From positions 1,472,001-1,536,000 of the forward strand of contig OZ244587.1 of NCBI GenBank assembly GCA_965218095.1: a stretch of 64,000 nt of DNA, written 5' to 3'. Numbering within the stretch: position 1 is the first letter of the stretch; the number at the start of each line of letters is the position of its first letter. Made by a program: the position numbers and the translations under genes. Below are positions 18,987 to 29,742 of this stretch, piece after piece. The notes under the pieces are model-generated. The model was given only the letters and a program-made list of their open reading frames with translations. It ran no database searches and was not told where the DNA came from. The DNA is from Candidatus Poribacteria bacterium. Its GTDB lineage: Bacteria > Poribacteria > WGA-4E > PCPOR2b.

Positions 18987-20159
18987 TCAAGGGCGTCGCG
19001 TCAGCCATCTTTGCGTATTCAAACGGTTATAATTGTGCCAAAGCTCAAAGTAGAGAACCTCACCAATTAGCGATCCGGTTTCGCCGACCGTCCCAATTAT
19101 CTTTTTCGCTCGGACAGCGTCTCCCTTTTTAACGAGCATATCTGAAAGATGCGCGTAAACAGAGATGTATCCGTTACCGTGTATAATGAGGATCGTGTTG
19201 CCGTAGCCGACAATCGATTCGACTGTTCTGGCAACAACGCCATCTGCAACGCAGCGTACGGGACTTCCTTTTTGGGCTTGAATTGTGATACCGCGATCAA
19301 TGGCTGTTTGGTTCGACACAACTTTGCCGACAACGGGCCAGGGGAGTTTACCCAACAGATCCGGACGAATGCCTCCAATTGCCTTCGCTTTCTCTTCGAT
19401 ACCTTCCTCGCTAACGATTCCGAGTAGATTCTCGAACTGTACAACGGCGGCTCTCAATTCTTCTAACGTCTGATTATAAATCTCTTTCCGCGTTTGGTAC
19501 CGATGCAGGAGTTGTTCACGCTGCTCTTTCTGACTAAGGATGCGCGCATGTTTCGCTTGAGCCGCTTTCGAGATAGCCTCTATCGTTTTAATCCGCTGAA
19601 CAAGCTCAAGGTGCATTTGTAAGATCTCGTCCTGCTGGCTCTGTAGTTGACCTAACACGGCTTGATCGGCCCCGGCAATAACGCTCATGTACTTATATTT
19701 TTGCAGCAGATCTATCATATTCTGAGCACCCAGCAATATCTCCAGCGTATGCAGATGATGCCCGTTATAGCCAATCTTATAGATTGCGCGAACCCGCTTT
19801 GCAACCAGCTTCTTGTATCGCTTGTCTTGAGAAATCAATCTCCGCAATTCAATCTGAAGTTCCCCTGCTTTTAATTGGTGGCGTTCAATCTCTTTGCGGT
19901 ACCGATCGAGTTCTTTTTCGTTGGCAGCTAAGTCGGATTCGATCTGCTGTAGTTTTTGTAAGACTCCTCGTTCTTTCTTGACGATCAAGTTTCTCTGTTT
20001 TTCAACAGTGTGCTTTTCCGTCAGTTTCTTTTGACGTTCCTGCTGCCACTGTTCCACCTGTTCAGAGGCCTGCGAAGGAAGTTGTGATTGCGCCTGGAGG
20101 GAAACCACGGCAATGATGCAAAATAGTAAGACAACGATTTTCAATCCGAACAGTTTCAA
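18987..20159 (-). CDS. envC: EnvC-like murein hydrolase activator (coiled coil + degenerate M23)
   Basis: Signal peptide, long coiled coil, LPWPV.G, GYGN..II.H, YAHL and LYFE motifs. Confidence 0.8.
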   Translation of the reverse strand: MKLFGLKIVVLLFCIIAVVSLQAQSQLPSQASEQVEQWQQERQKKLTEKHTVEKQRNLIVKKERGVLQKLQQIESDLAANEKELDRYRKEIERHQLKAGELQIELRRLISQDKRYKKLVAKRVRAIYKIGYNGHHLHTLEILLGAQNMIDLLQKYKYMSVIAGADQAVLGQLQSQQDEILQMHLELVQRIKTIEAISKAAQAKHARILSQKEQREQLLHRYQTRKEIYNQTLEELRAAVVQFENLLGIVSEEGIEEKAKAIGGIRPDLLGKLPWPVVGKVVSNQTAIDRGITIQAQKGSPVRCVADGVVARTVESIVGYGNTILIIHGNGYISVYAHLSDMLVKKGDAVRAKKIIGTVGETGSLIGEVLYFELWHNYNRLNTQRWLTRRP

Positions 20160-20214
20160 AAATTCTGTCCTCTCTACTTGAGTATGACTGTTTTCTTAAT
20201 TGCCCTGAATGAGG

Positions 20215-21005
20215 CGGCTTGCATCTCGTAGAAATAGATGCCGCTTCAACCTTATCACCATAGGCGTTTCTGACATCCCAGTAGGCTGCCCGGCTTCGAG
20301 AAACGTAAACACCGGGAGGCGTGTAACCTAAATTTAAAGTCCGCACCAATCGGCCTGTGGCATTGTATACCCTGATTGTCACATCACCGGCTTTACTTAG
20401 TCTAAACGGTATCCATGTCCCAGGGTTTCCTGGATTAGGGAAGGACTGCAAGAGAACGGAAACCGCCGGGGCAGTCGGCTCTAAATTAACTTGTGCCAGC
20501 GGAGCTGCGTTAATTGGACTATCGAAGACGATGTAGGCGACGTGCTCGGTGATGTGGTTGCGCTCGGTGTCTCCCTGCTGGTCTTCGTCGATTGCCAGTT
20601 GAAGCCAACCGAAACCGAGTTCGAGCCGTAAAGCACAACCCAGCCCCCCCCCATTGTTGCCATCCATCGCCGATTGGCTGACGATTACCACAGACGCATC
20701 GGAAAGTCCATTCAGGAAGTAGCTGTAGCAGAGAATCGCTCACCCCGCGAATCATGTCCGAACCGAGCCCCATGACGCAGTTTATCGTGTCTATCGTGCT
20801 AACACCTGCCTCAATGACGATATACTCAATCGTTTCGTCCGCCTGCGTCTGATTGGGGTATTCACTCACATGCTTGCCAACCTTCAGGCTGGCATTCGGT
20901 GGCGTGACTGCAGATGATTCGCTCCGGCTCCAAAGACCGACCAGTTGGGGTCGTTGTAGGTCATGACCTGGCTAACCACCACTGGATTGGTGTAGGAGTT
21001 GAGGT
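20215..21005 (-). pseudogene. Remnant of a secreted protein with a C-terminal FlgD-Ig/T9SS-like sorting domain
   Basis: Fragments in several frames ending LLQSFPNPGNPGTWIPF.L..V..YN.TG.LVRTL..G.Y.SRSRAAYWD.RN; no intact 5' end. Confidence 0.7.
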
Positions 21006-21070
21006 CTTATTAAATGTAGAACGTTGCATCTTCGACCCTGCCTTTGTCTGGATCCAAACTCGACTGATGT

Positions 21071-21847
21071 TTAATGCTTAATCTGTTGCCGCGTCAGTTC
21101 ATTGACAATTGAAACATTCTCTTTGACTTCTCGCCGGCTCGTCATACCAATTGTCATTGCGTGAACACAAGGCAATTCTATGACGAATTCGATGGCTTTC
21201 CTCGGACCATCCTCTTTGGCTAACTTCCCCTGTCCAAGCACTTTCATACCGTAGATACCCTTGCCAAATGCTGCCATCTGCTCCATCGTTCGGATCACAT
21301 CTGCGGGGGACGCATCCATGTTGACCCCTGCATAGTTAATCCGGGCTAATACGACTTCGACCCATTTGGTCATGGCCGCGGTCTGAAACGCGCCATAGTC
21401 GTGACACGAAACACCATGGGCACGCAGGAGTCCCTGTTCTTTGCATCGCGTCAGGGCTTCCATCGCATCAGGATAGCGTGTTGTCCAATCGGGATTTGTG
21501 AGGCAGTGCAACAGCACAATATCCACATAGTCCGATCCAATCTCCCTCAAGAATCGCTTGACATCGTTTTCAACCGATTCCCTTGTGCGTGAAACGGTCT
21601 TGGTCGTGATAACGACTGAAGACCGATCTAATCCCTGGAGGGCTTCTTTGACGTGGGGATGGCTTCCATATTGATCCGCTACGTCCCAAAATGTCACGCC
21701 TTGATCATGGGCAAACCGAAGCAGATCTGCCAATCCTTTCAATCCCAACGCTGTCTGATCTGATTTGCCGCCCCAGCCCTGTGTGCCTGTACCAATCGAA
21801 AGCCGCGCAACGCGCAGTCCTGTCCTGCCAAAATCAACAACTTGCAT
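21071..21847 (-). CDS. Aldo/keto reductase
   Basis: FGRTGL, WDVADQYGSH, ITTK, DYVDIVLLH and GVSCH motifs. Confidence 0.9.
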   Translation of the reverse strand: MQVVDFGRTGLRVARLSIGTGTQGWGGKSDQTALGLKGLADLLRFAHDQGVTFWDVADQYGSHPHVKEALQGLDRSSVVITTKTVSRTRESVENDVKRFLREIGSDYVDIVLLHCLTNPDWTTRYPDAMEALTRCKEQGLLRAHGVSCHDYGAFQTAAMTKWVEVVLARINYAGVNMDASPADVIRTMEQMAAFGKGIYGMKVLGQGKLAKEDGPRKAIEFVIELPCVHAMTIGMTSRREVKENVSIVNELTRQQIKH

Positions 21848-22017
21848 TGGATGACTCCTTTACTTCATCGATTTCATTAATGTAGACAGTATAATATCAT
21901 AACGTACTCATGTGGTCAACCCAATTCATTTATCAGATCTTGAGTCGTTGGACAACAGATTTTCAGAATAAAATGTAAGGTGCATGACACGATTTCTAAT
22001 TTTCTGCGAAAAACCTC

Positions 22018-22156
22018 TTGACAAATGTCTTCCGCTGGATTATACTTTTTTCAAATCAGCAATTGAAGCTGAGTCTCAATATCATCTGGCAAGCAAGAAA
22101 GCTGAAAAAGCAACTTGCTTATTTTTTTAGAATCATAAATGATACTGAGTCTCAAT
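22018..22156 (+). promoter_or_regulatory. Sigma70 promoter with two Fur-box-like sites
   Basis: TTGACA-17-TATACT (22018-22046); ATTGAAGCTGAGTCTCAAT (22062-22080) and AATGATACTGAGTCTCAAT (22138-22156). Confidence 0.72.
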
Positions 22157-22186
22157 TTCAACACAATTAATGTATGAGGAGTTTTT

Positions 22187-24487
22187 ATGAATTTTAACAC
22201 TTTAATCGCTGTAATGGCGATTTTAATCGGTTTTACTGCCAGTCAATTTGTAATGGCAGATCAGTCATCCGTTGAGACTGAAGATACAAATGCTCAAACG
22301 GACACAGATCAAACCATCCAGCTCAAGGAAATTACTGTCGTTGGTTCCAAAGAAAATACAAGAAACCTTCCGGGCTCCGGGGCTTACCTTGATGCCCGCG
22401 ATATTCGCACCCATAGCTATGGTGATATTAACAGAGTTCTTCGCAAAGTCCCCGGCGTCTATCTCCGTGAAGAAGATGGTTATGGACTCTTCCCAAACAT
22501 TAGCCTGCGTGGCGTCGATCCTGGACGTAGTGGGAAAGTCTCAATGATGGAAGATGGCATCCTGACGGCTCCCGCGCCGTACTCGGCTCCCGCCGCCTAC
22601 TATTCGCCGACGACCGGTCGCATGCGTGGCATTGAACTTCTCAAAGGCTCCAGCCAGATTAAATACGGTCCCCATACCACAGGGGGTGTTATCAACTATC
22701 TCTCCACCCAGATTCCGAAAAAAGCCGCGTTCTATACGAAAAACCTCATTGGGACGGATAACGAAATCCGTTCTCATACCCATTACGGTAACAAGATTCA
22801 GACCGATGCCGGCCGATTCGGCTTCTTGGTCGAAAATTACTATCGGGAAACGGGTGGTTTTAAGACGATTGATTTTGAGGATGACTTTCAGGATGTCGAC
22901 CGCACCGGCTTCCGGAAGCATGACATGATGCTCAAGCTCTCTTTCGAGCCGAACACGTCTGTCGCCCAACGGATTGAAGCGAAGGTCGGTTATCTGAATA
23001 AAAACGCGGACGAGACCTACTTGGGGCTTACCGACAAAGATTTCGAGAAAGACCCGTATCGGCGCTATGCCGCTTCTCGATTCGATAATATCGAAACCAA
23101 CCAACTGCGAAGTTACCTGCGCTATACCGCTGCTTTTACCCGAAGCCTGAACCTCTCAGTGACCGGATATTACAACGATTTCCACCGAAACTGGTTTAAA
23201 CTTCGCGGCAGTGGCGCAGATCTGCTGGATCCTGAAGCGCTTGCTGTGTTTAAAGGCAACGCGGCTGGCACACTGAAATATCGAAACAATAACCGTGATT
23301 ATTACCTTGGCGGCGTCCAGTCCAATCTCAACTTCAACCTAAATACCGGCGATATTTCCCACGCTTTTGACCTCGGCACCCGCTTCCATCTCGACCAAAT
23401 TCGTCGATTCCAGAGCGATGTGGAGTTTGAGCAGGACGACAGCGGCAACATCATCAACCGGACGGATAAGGGCCCGGGATCTGGCGGGAATCGTCTCCAA
23501 GAGACCACCGCGATTGCCCTCTCCTTACAGGATAACATTGGCGTCGGCGACTTGCAGATCACGCCGGGGGTTCGCTTCGAGCATGCAGCCTACGATTTCA
23601 CGGAGTTCGACACAGGAGACGCCCCGGATAAAGTCGTCCTTGAAGGAGAGCCTTCATCAATCGATGTCCTCACGCCGGGGATTGGAGTCAACTACAACGT
23701 TTCAGATCAACTGTCAGCTTTTGCGAGCGTCCACAGTGGTTTTTCCCTCCCCGGTCCCCGCGCCAACGCCAAAGATGGATTGACCGAGGAGACCAGCCTC
23801 GGCAGTGAACTGGGTATCCGCTACAACGGCAAGGGCTTGCGCGCTGAAACCATTTTCTTCTACACAGACTTCAATGACCTGCTTGTTACTGATAATATTG
23901 GTGGTGGGGGCGTCGAAGGGGTAACCGAAAACGTTGGAAATGTCATTAGCTCCGGCGTCGAACTTTCAGTTGGATATAATGCCGGGATTGCAAATAACTG
24001 GGGATTCCTCAATCCCTACCACATTGCATTCACTTACAGCGACGCAACGTTGGATGGCGATGCAAACTCCCTTGACGAGGAATCGATCTTCGCCGGTGGT
24101 AAAGATGGCGCCAGGGTTCCCTACGTCCCTGAAATCCAACTCTCGGTTGGTACAGGGATTGAGTTTGACAAGTGGGGGCTCTTTGTCGACACGACCTATG
24201 TGGATGAAACCTTCACCACAGCCAGCAATACCGCCGATCAAATCCAGGTCATACCGAACGAAGAAAACCCAGAGCAAACTAAACGTGTACCCAATGCCAA
24301 TTTTGGCAAAACGGATGCTTACCTGGTGATCGATGTCTCAGGGAAGTACAAAATTACTGATGGCCTCAATGCAGTCATCAACCTCCACAACATTACGGAT
24401 GAGGCGTACATTGTCTCACGTCATCCCATCGGCCCCCGTCCTGGGAAACCCTTCAGCGCCACCCTTGGCATTGAAACAAGATTCTAA
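22187..24487 (+). CDS. TonB-dependent receptor, FecA-like
   Basis: Signal peptide, TonB box EITVVG, plug EEDGYGLFPNISLRG..IELLKG..YGP..GGVIN and C-terminal Phe. Confidence 0.93.
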   Translation: MNFNTLIAVMAILIGFTASQFVMADQSSVETEDTNAQTDTDQTIQLKEITVVGSKENTRNLPGSGAYLDARDIRTHSYGDINRVLRKVPGVYLREEDGYGLFPNISLRGVDPGRSGKVSMMEDGILTAPAPYSAPAAYYSPTTGRMRGIELLKGSSQIKYGPHTTGGVINYLSTQIPKKAAFYTKNLIGTDNEIRSHTHYGNKIQTDAGRFGFLVENYYRETGGFKTIDFEDDFQDVDRTGFRKHDMMLKLSFEPNTSVAQRIEAKVGYLNKNADETYLGLTDKDFEKDPYRRYAASRFDNIETNQLRSYLRYTAAFTRSLNLSVTGYYNDFHRNWFKLRGSGADLLDPEALAVFKGNAAGTLKYRNNNRDYYLGGVQSNLNFNLNTGDISHAFDLGTRFHLDQIRRFQSDVEFEQDDSGNIINRTDKGPGSGGNRLQETTAIALSLQDNIGVGDLQITPGVRFEHAAYDFTEFDTGDAPDKVVLEGEPSSIDVLTPGIGVNYNVSDQLSAFASVHSGFSLPGPRANAKDGLTEETSLGSELGIRYNGKGLRAETIFFYTDFNDLLVTDNIGGGGVEGVTENVGNVISSGVELSVGYNAGIANNWGFLNPYHIAFTYSDATLDGDANSLDEESIFAGGKDGARVPYVPEIQLSVGTGIEFDKWGLFVDTTYVDETFTTASNTADQIQVIPNEENPEQTKRVPNANFGKTDAYLVIDVSGKYKITDGLNAVINLHNITDEAYIVSRHPIGPRPGKPFSATLGIETRF

Positions 24488-24562
24488 AATTTCCTTTCAG
24501 GTCAGGAGATAACTCCCCACACCAACTTCTTCGTTTGAATCGAGGTTCTAAGGTGGCAGAAG

Positions 24563-25585
24563 ATGAAATCTAGCAGCTTTTGGAAATGTGTACCGTCGTT
24601 TGCAATGATGATCTTTCTGGTAGGGACGGAGGCCCATGCCGCCGTCCGCGAATATTGGATCGCCGCTGAGAAGATCCATTGGAATTACGCCCCTAGCGGT
24701 GAAAATCTGATCCGTCCTGAGATGGGAATGGACGTTTGGGGAAAAGATCTCGTCTATCGAAAATATCGCTACATCCAGTATGCCGATGGGAGTTATACGC
24801 AACGGGTTGAACAGCCCGAGTGGATGGGCATCCTCGGTCCCCAACTCCGAGCGGTGGAGGGGGACACCCTCAAGGTGCATTTCCTCAATCGCGCTGACAA
24901 GCCACTCAGTATGCCCCCGCACGGCGTTCAGTATGATGAGGCAAACGAAGGCGCCGACATGAAGGATTCTGGGGCTTTCGTGATACCGGGTGGTTCATTT
25001 ACCTATATCTGGGAAGTCAATAGTGGTGCCGGCCCCGGCCCAAATGATCCATCTTCCATCGTCTGGCTCTATCACTCCCACGTCGATCCAGTGACGGAAG
25101 TGTATGATGGCTTAATTGGGACAATTGTAATCACTAAAAAAGCAATGGAGCTCTCCGCGGATGACCTTCGCCCAAAGGATGTGGACAAAGCGTTTACCAC
25201 GCTGTTCATGGTCTTTGACGAAAACGGCCGAGAAAAAGTAGAGGATGCTAAATATGAGTCTCCTGAAGAGGAGGAGGAAGCGCATCTGAAACACGCGATT
25301 AACGGATTCATTTTCGGTAATCTACAGGGGCTGGAAGTTAAGAAGGGAGATCGAGTGCGTTGGCATCTGATTGGCATGGGAACGGAAGTTGACCTGCATT
25401 CCGCTCACTGGCACGGTCAAACCGTATTAGATCATGGTAGATCGACCGATGTCGTCGAATTGCTTCCCGGTAGCATGGTGACTGTCGATATGAAAGCGGA
25501 AACGCTTGGAAATTGGTTGTATCATTGCCATGTCACCGATCACATTACCGCAGGGATGGTGACGCGATGGAAGATTATACCATAA
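24563..25585 (+). CDS. Two-domain multicopper oxidase, ceruloplasmin/hephaestin-like (putative ferroxidase)
   Basis: REYWIAA..WNYAP, GILGP.LRA..GD, WLYHSHVD, HSAHWHG and WLYHCHV.DH..AGM. First His motif reads SMPPHG. Confidence 0.88.
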   Translation: MKSSSFWKCVPSFAMMIFLVGTEAHAAVREYWIAAEKIHWNYAPSGENLIRPEMGMDVWGKDLVYRKYRYIQYADGSYTQRVEQPEWMGILGPQLRAVEGDTLKVHFLNRADKPLSMPPHGVQYDEANEGADMKDSGAFVIPGGSFTYIWEVNSGAGPGPNDPSSIVWLYHSHVDPVTEVYDGLIGTIVITKKAMELSADDLRPKDVDKAFTTLFMVFDENGREKVEDAKYESPEEEEEAHLKHAINGFIFGNLQGLEVKKGDRVRWHLIGMGTEVDLHSAHWHGQTVLDHGRSTDVVELLPGSMVTVDMKAETLGNWLYHCHVTDHITAGMVTRWKIIP

Positions 25586-25605
25586 TTTTCAAGAGAAGAA
25601 GGGAG

Positions 25606-25960
25606 ATGATCACTGTTGCAAATCGTATATTTGCCGCACCGAAGTATGCCGAAGCCTTTGAAGAACGATTTCGCAAACGCGCCAGACTTGTGGGTGGCAC
25701 GCCCGGCTTTATCTCAAACCAGGTACTGCGACCTGTCAATGAAAGGGGATTCTTATGTTGTGTTCACTCTGTGGGAATCGCGGAAGCACTTTGAGGCGTG
25801 GATCAAGTCGGAGGAATTCAGGAGGCACGCCCAATCCGGGACGCTGCCGAAGGACGCCTTCACCGGCTCGAACAAACTCGAACTTCATGAAGTCTTTCTC
25901 GATTCGAGCCGTCCCGATCCTGAGGAGGAGCCACATGGCGGCCCATTCAATATCCACTAA
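25606..25960 (+). pseudogene. ABM/IsdG-MhuD-like heme-degrading monooxygenase, frameshifted at about 25741-25748
   Basis: MITVANRI..FEERF..PGF..VLRP then YVVFTLWES..FEAW..S in the next frame; one extra base in GAAAGGGG. Confidence 0.78.
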
Positions 25961-25972
25961 TTGGAGGTTACC

Positions 25973-27007
25973 ATGTTAAAAGGTTTTGCCAAAATTCTAA
26001 GTTTATTCTTAAGTAAGTTTTTCAGATTTACGCTGTTGCTACTCACCCTTGCTACACTATTCGCCGCGTGTGGTGAAGATGACAAAGAATTGGCGATCTA
26101 TTCAGGACGAAGCAAAGGCTTGGTGCAGCCAATTATCAAACAGTTTGAAAGGGAGACCGGCATCAAAGTTAAGGTGCGTTACGGAGATACTGCCCAACTT
26201 GCGGTTGCCTTATTGGAAGAAGGGGCAAAAAGTTCTGCGGACCTTTTCTGGGCGCAAGATGCCGGGGCGCTTGGTGCAGTCAGCAAGCAGGGGCTGTTTA
26301 AACCGCTGCCCGAATCCATGCTGTCAAAGGTGCCTGAGAGTTTCCGTACGGGAACATGGATCGCCATCAGCGGTCGTGCGCGTGTCCTCGCATACTCGCC
26401 TAAACGTGTCAAAGCGGAGGCATTGCCCGATAGTATCTTCGATCTGACCGATCCGAAATGGAAAGGGCGAGTCGGTTGGGCGCCCCAGAATGCCTCATTC
26501 CAGGCCTTTGTGACGGCGATGCGGGTAATCGAAGGAGAAGACAAAGCGGAAGAGTGGCTGCGTGGTATGAAGGCAAATCGCGCGAAAAGCTACCCCAAAA
26601 ACACGCCTATCATTCAGGCGCTCGCCGCCGGGGAGATCGACCTCGGCTTGCCGAATCACTATTACCTGTTGCGCTTCAAAAAGAGCAACTCCAAGTTTCC
26701 AGTTGAGCAGACCTTCTTTACGTCCGGTGACCCGGGGAATCTCGTGAATGTGGCTGGAATCGGTATCCTGAAAAGCAGCCAACACGCTGATGAGGTGACA
26801 ACCTTCATCCAATTCCTGCTCTCCCCCAAAGCCCAGCAGTTCTTCGTCAGCGAGGTCTTCGAGTATCCTGTCACTGATGAGGTCATTCCCAGTGAGAAGT
26901 TGCTGGCGCTGGATGAGCTCTTGAAGCTCACGCCCCGGTTCGACCTGGAAGATCTGGACGACTTAGAAGACACATTGAAACTGCTGCGGAAGGCAGGTAT
27001 CCTGTGA
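25973..27007 (+). CDS. fbpA: Fe(III) ABC transporter substrate-binding lipoprotein (FbpA/FutA)
   Basis: Lipobox FAAC; YSGR, GRARV and NHYY motifs. Confidence 0.88.
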   Translation: MLKGFAKILSLFLSKFFRFTLLLLTLATLFAACGEDDKELAIYSGRSKGLVQPIIKQFERETGIKVKVRYGDTAQLAVALLEEGAKSSADLFWAQDAGALGAVSKQGLFKPLPESMLSKVPESFRTGTWIAISGRARVLAYSPKRVKAEALPDSIFDLTDPKWKGRVGWAPQNASFQAFVTAMRVIEGEDKAEEWLRGMKANRAKSYPKNTPIIQALAAGEIDLGLPNHYYLLRFKKSNSKFPVEQTFFTSGDPGNLVNVAGIGILKSSQHADEVTTFIQFLLSPKAQQFFVSEVFEYPVTDEVIPSEKLLALDELLKLTPRFDLEDLDDLEDTLKLLRKAGIL

Positions 27008-28587
27008 TCTATTCGGAGACACGACCACTCCCGCCATGGTATTTCTTTGTCCCGGCGGTTGTCGTTGGGACTGGAGTACTTTTACCGTTGATTTACCTCC
27101 TCGTCCGAGCATTCAAGGCGGTAACCCCAGAACTAATCCAAATCGTCTTTCGCGCCAGAACCCTGCACCTCCTCGGCACCACCCTTCTTCTCACCGCCGG
27201 GGTTATGGCTACCGGTGTGCTTTTGGCGGCACCCCTCGCATGGCTTACAACACGCACTGATCTCAATGGCAGACGATTTTTCACGCTGCTGGGCGTATTG
27301 CCACTGGCGATCCCCGGCTACGTAATGGCTTACGCCTTGTTGGGTTTAGGTGGTTCCAACGGAACTTTCGCGAGTCTGTTCGGTCCAAGTTTACCGCGTC
27401 TTAGCGGATACTGGGGGGCCCTCATCGCCCTTAGTTTCTACACCTTTCCTTACCTCTTTCTCAACCTGCGTGCGGCGCTATTGGGGTTAGATCCTGCCAT
27501 TGAGGAATCCGCACGTAGCCTCGGCAGTCAATCCCCAGAGGTTTTCCTGCGCGTGATTTTGCCGCAACTTCGTCCAGCCTTCTATGCTGGCGGGCTTCTC
27601 GTCGGACTGCATGTGCTGGGCGACTTCGGTGTGGTATCCCTAATGCGCTACGAGACCTTTAGTTATGCCCTCTACACGCAGTACATCGCCTCCTATGACC
27701 GCATCTACGCCGCGTGGCTTGCCCTGATGCTTCTCGCCCTCACGGGAAGCCTGCTCTATCTCGAAGCAAGACTGCTGCGTGGAAGCAAGTTTCACCGTGC
27801 TGGCAGCGGGACCACCCGTCAAGCCAACCCAATCGCCTTGGGGGTTTGGAGTATCCCTGCCTATTTTTACATCGGGGTTCTGGGGCTCGCTAGCGTGGTC
27901 GCCCCAACCGTGACCGTTGGCTTCTGGATGCTCAAAGGATTTAAGGTGTCACATCTGCAAGATTTTCTTGGTGCCCTTTCCGGCTCTCTCTTGGCATCGA
28001 TACCGGCCGCTTTTCTCACCGCTGGTTTAGCTATCCCCCTGGCGTACTTGGGGGTACGGTATTCATCTCCGATCTGCCGGGTGCTGGAACGTGGCGCGTA
28101 TATCGGCTACGCCACGCCGCCCTTGGCATTTGCGCTTGCCCTGATCTTCTTCACGCGCCGGGCGGCGTCGGGAGTCTATCAGACCCTTTGGATCTTGATC
28201 TACGCCTATACCTTGCACTTCCTCGCCGAGGCAATCGGCCCCGTCCGCAGTGCGCTTTATCAGGTGTCGCCTCGCTTAGAGGAAGCTGCCCGGTCTCTCG
28301 GCTATCCGCCCCTCAAGACGTTTCTCAAAGCCACTTTTCCACTGTTGCACGGCGGGCTTACCGTCAGCATCGCTTTCGTTTTTCTGTCGGCGATGAAAGA
28401 ACTTCCGCTCACCTTTCTACTTTCGCCTATGGGATATGAGACATTAGCGATGAACGTCTGGAGCTACACAACAGAAGCAATGTTCGCGAAGGCGGCGCCG
28501 TATGCACTTGCCATTGTGCTCTTTTCTGCTCTATTCGTGGGCTTGTTGCTGATCCAGGAAAGGAACCGTTATGAATCCCCTGCTTAG
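27004..28587 (+). CDS. fbpB: Fe(III) ABC transporter permease
   Basis: Two EESARSLG/EEAARSLG loops and KELP.T. Confidence 0.9.
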   Translation: MIYSETRPLPPWYFFVPAVVVGTGVLLPLIYLLVRAFKAVTPELIQIVFRARTLHLLGTTLLLTAGVMATGVLLAAPLAWLTTRTDLNGRRFFTLLGVLPLAIPGYVMAYALLGLGGSNGTFASLFGPSLPRLSGYWGALIALSFYTFPYLFLNLRAALLGLDPAIEESARSLGSQSPEVFLRVILPQLRPAFYAGGLLVGLHVLGDFGVVSLMRYETFSYALYTQYIASYDRIYAAWLALMLLALTGSLLYLEARLLRGSKFHRAGSGTTRQANPIALGVWSIPAYFYIGVLGLASVVAPTVTVGFWMLKGFKVSHLQDFLGALSGSLLASIPAAFLTAGLAIPLAYLGVRYSSPICRVLERGAYIGYATPPLAFALALIFFTRRAASGVYQTLWILIYAYTLHFLAEAIGPVRSALYQVSPRLEEAARSLGYPPLKTFLKATFPLLHGGLTVSIAFVFLSAMKELPLTFLLSPMGYETLAMNVWSYTTEAMFAKAAPYALAIVLFSALFVGLLLIQERNRYESPA

Positions 28588-29629
28588 TCTCCGCAACATC
28601 ACCAAGCGATTCGGTCGCCACCTCCCGCCGGTCGTCGATAGCGTGAGTTTCGAGGTCTACCCCGGCGAAATCTTTGCGCTCTTGGGCCCGAGCGGCTGTG
28701 GGAAGACAACGACTCTGCGCCTGATCGCTGGATTCGAGCGTGCTGATGCAGGAGAGATTTGCCTGGATGGACAATGCTTTGCAGGACAAAAAGTTCACCA
28801 ACCGCCTGAAGTACGAGACGTTGGAATTGTATTCCAGGAGTACGCTCTTTTTCCGCACCTCAACGTGCTGGGGAATGTCGCCTTCGGACTCAAAAAACTG
28901 TCCGCGAAATCACGCCATGAGCGTGCCATGGAGGTTCTGGAAATGGTGGGACTGACCGCCTTCAAAGATCGGAAGCCACACGAGCTCTCCGGCGGACAGC
29001 AGCAGCGGGTGGCGCTGGCTCGCTCGATTGCCCCAGGTCCCAAGCTCATCCTGTTGGACGAACCATTTTCCAACCTCGATGCCGGTTTGCACCATTCTAC
29101 GCGAGAAGAGGTTCGGACGCTGTTGAAGGATACAGGGATGAGCGCGGTGCTGGTCACGCATGATCAGGAAGGAGCCCTCTGCTTCGCAGACCAGCTAGCG
29201 GTGATGCAGAACGGACACATTGAACAGATCGACACGCCCGAAGCGGTCTACCACCGTCCGCAGACCTCATTCGCAGCGGACTTTCTAGGCAGGACTAACC
29301 TGATTCCTAGTCACGCCAGTGAAGGCTACGCTGACACGCCCTTGGGAAGGTTTGAGATTGATCAAGCCGCCCAGGGCAAGGTGCTCCTCTCGATCCGTCC
29401 AGAGCATCTACTGATGGTTCAGCCTGAAACGGCAGATCGAAGTGGTAGTGTTGGCGAAATCATCATGCGTGAGTTTAAGGGACACGATCTGACCTATCGA
29501 GTGAAGGTTGGAACGGAGAACTATGTTGTGCAGACCGACTACCGTTGTCCACTTCAAGTTGGTGATCGAGTGACGCTCCGAGCCGTTGAGCCTGCGGTGG
29601 TCGTGAAAGAAGATAAAGAGATGTCGTGA
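28571..29629 (+). CDS. fbpC: Fe(III) ABC transporter ATPase
   Basis: GPSGCGKT, LSGGQQQR, LDEPF and a TOBE C-terminus. Confidence 0.92.
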   Translation: MNPLLSLRNITKRFGRHLPPVVDSVSFEVYPGEIFALLGPSGCGKTTTLRLIAGFERADAGEICLDGQCFAGQKVHQPPEVRDVGIVFQEYALFPHLNVLGNVAFGLKKLSAKSRHERAMEVLEMVGLTAFKDRKPHELSGGQQQRVALARSIAPGPKLILLDEPFSNLDAGLHHSTREEVRTLLKDTGMSAVLVTHDQEGALCFADQLAVMQNGHIEQIDTPEAVYHRPQTSFAADFLGRTNLIPSHASEGYADTPLGRFEIDQAAQGKVLLSIRPEHLLMVQPETADRSGSVGEIIMREFKGHDLTYRVKVGTENYVVQTDYRCPLQVGDRVTLRAVEPAVVVKEDKEMS

Positions 29630-29742
29630 GTGATGAAGCGTAAAATTTCCGGAGCGATAGGGAAGGGTTTGGAGCGATTACTCAACTCGTGCGATTTATC
29701 CCCGACCAACTAGATTACCAACCAAGCGGTTTTCTGAAAAAT

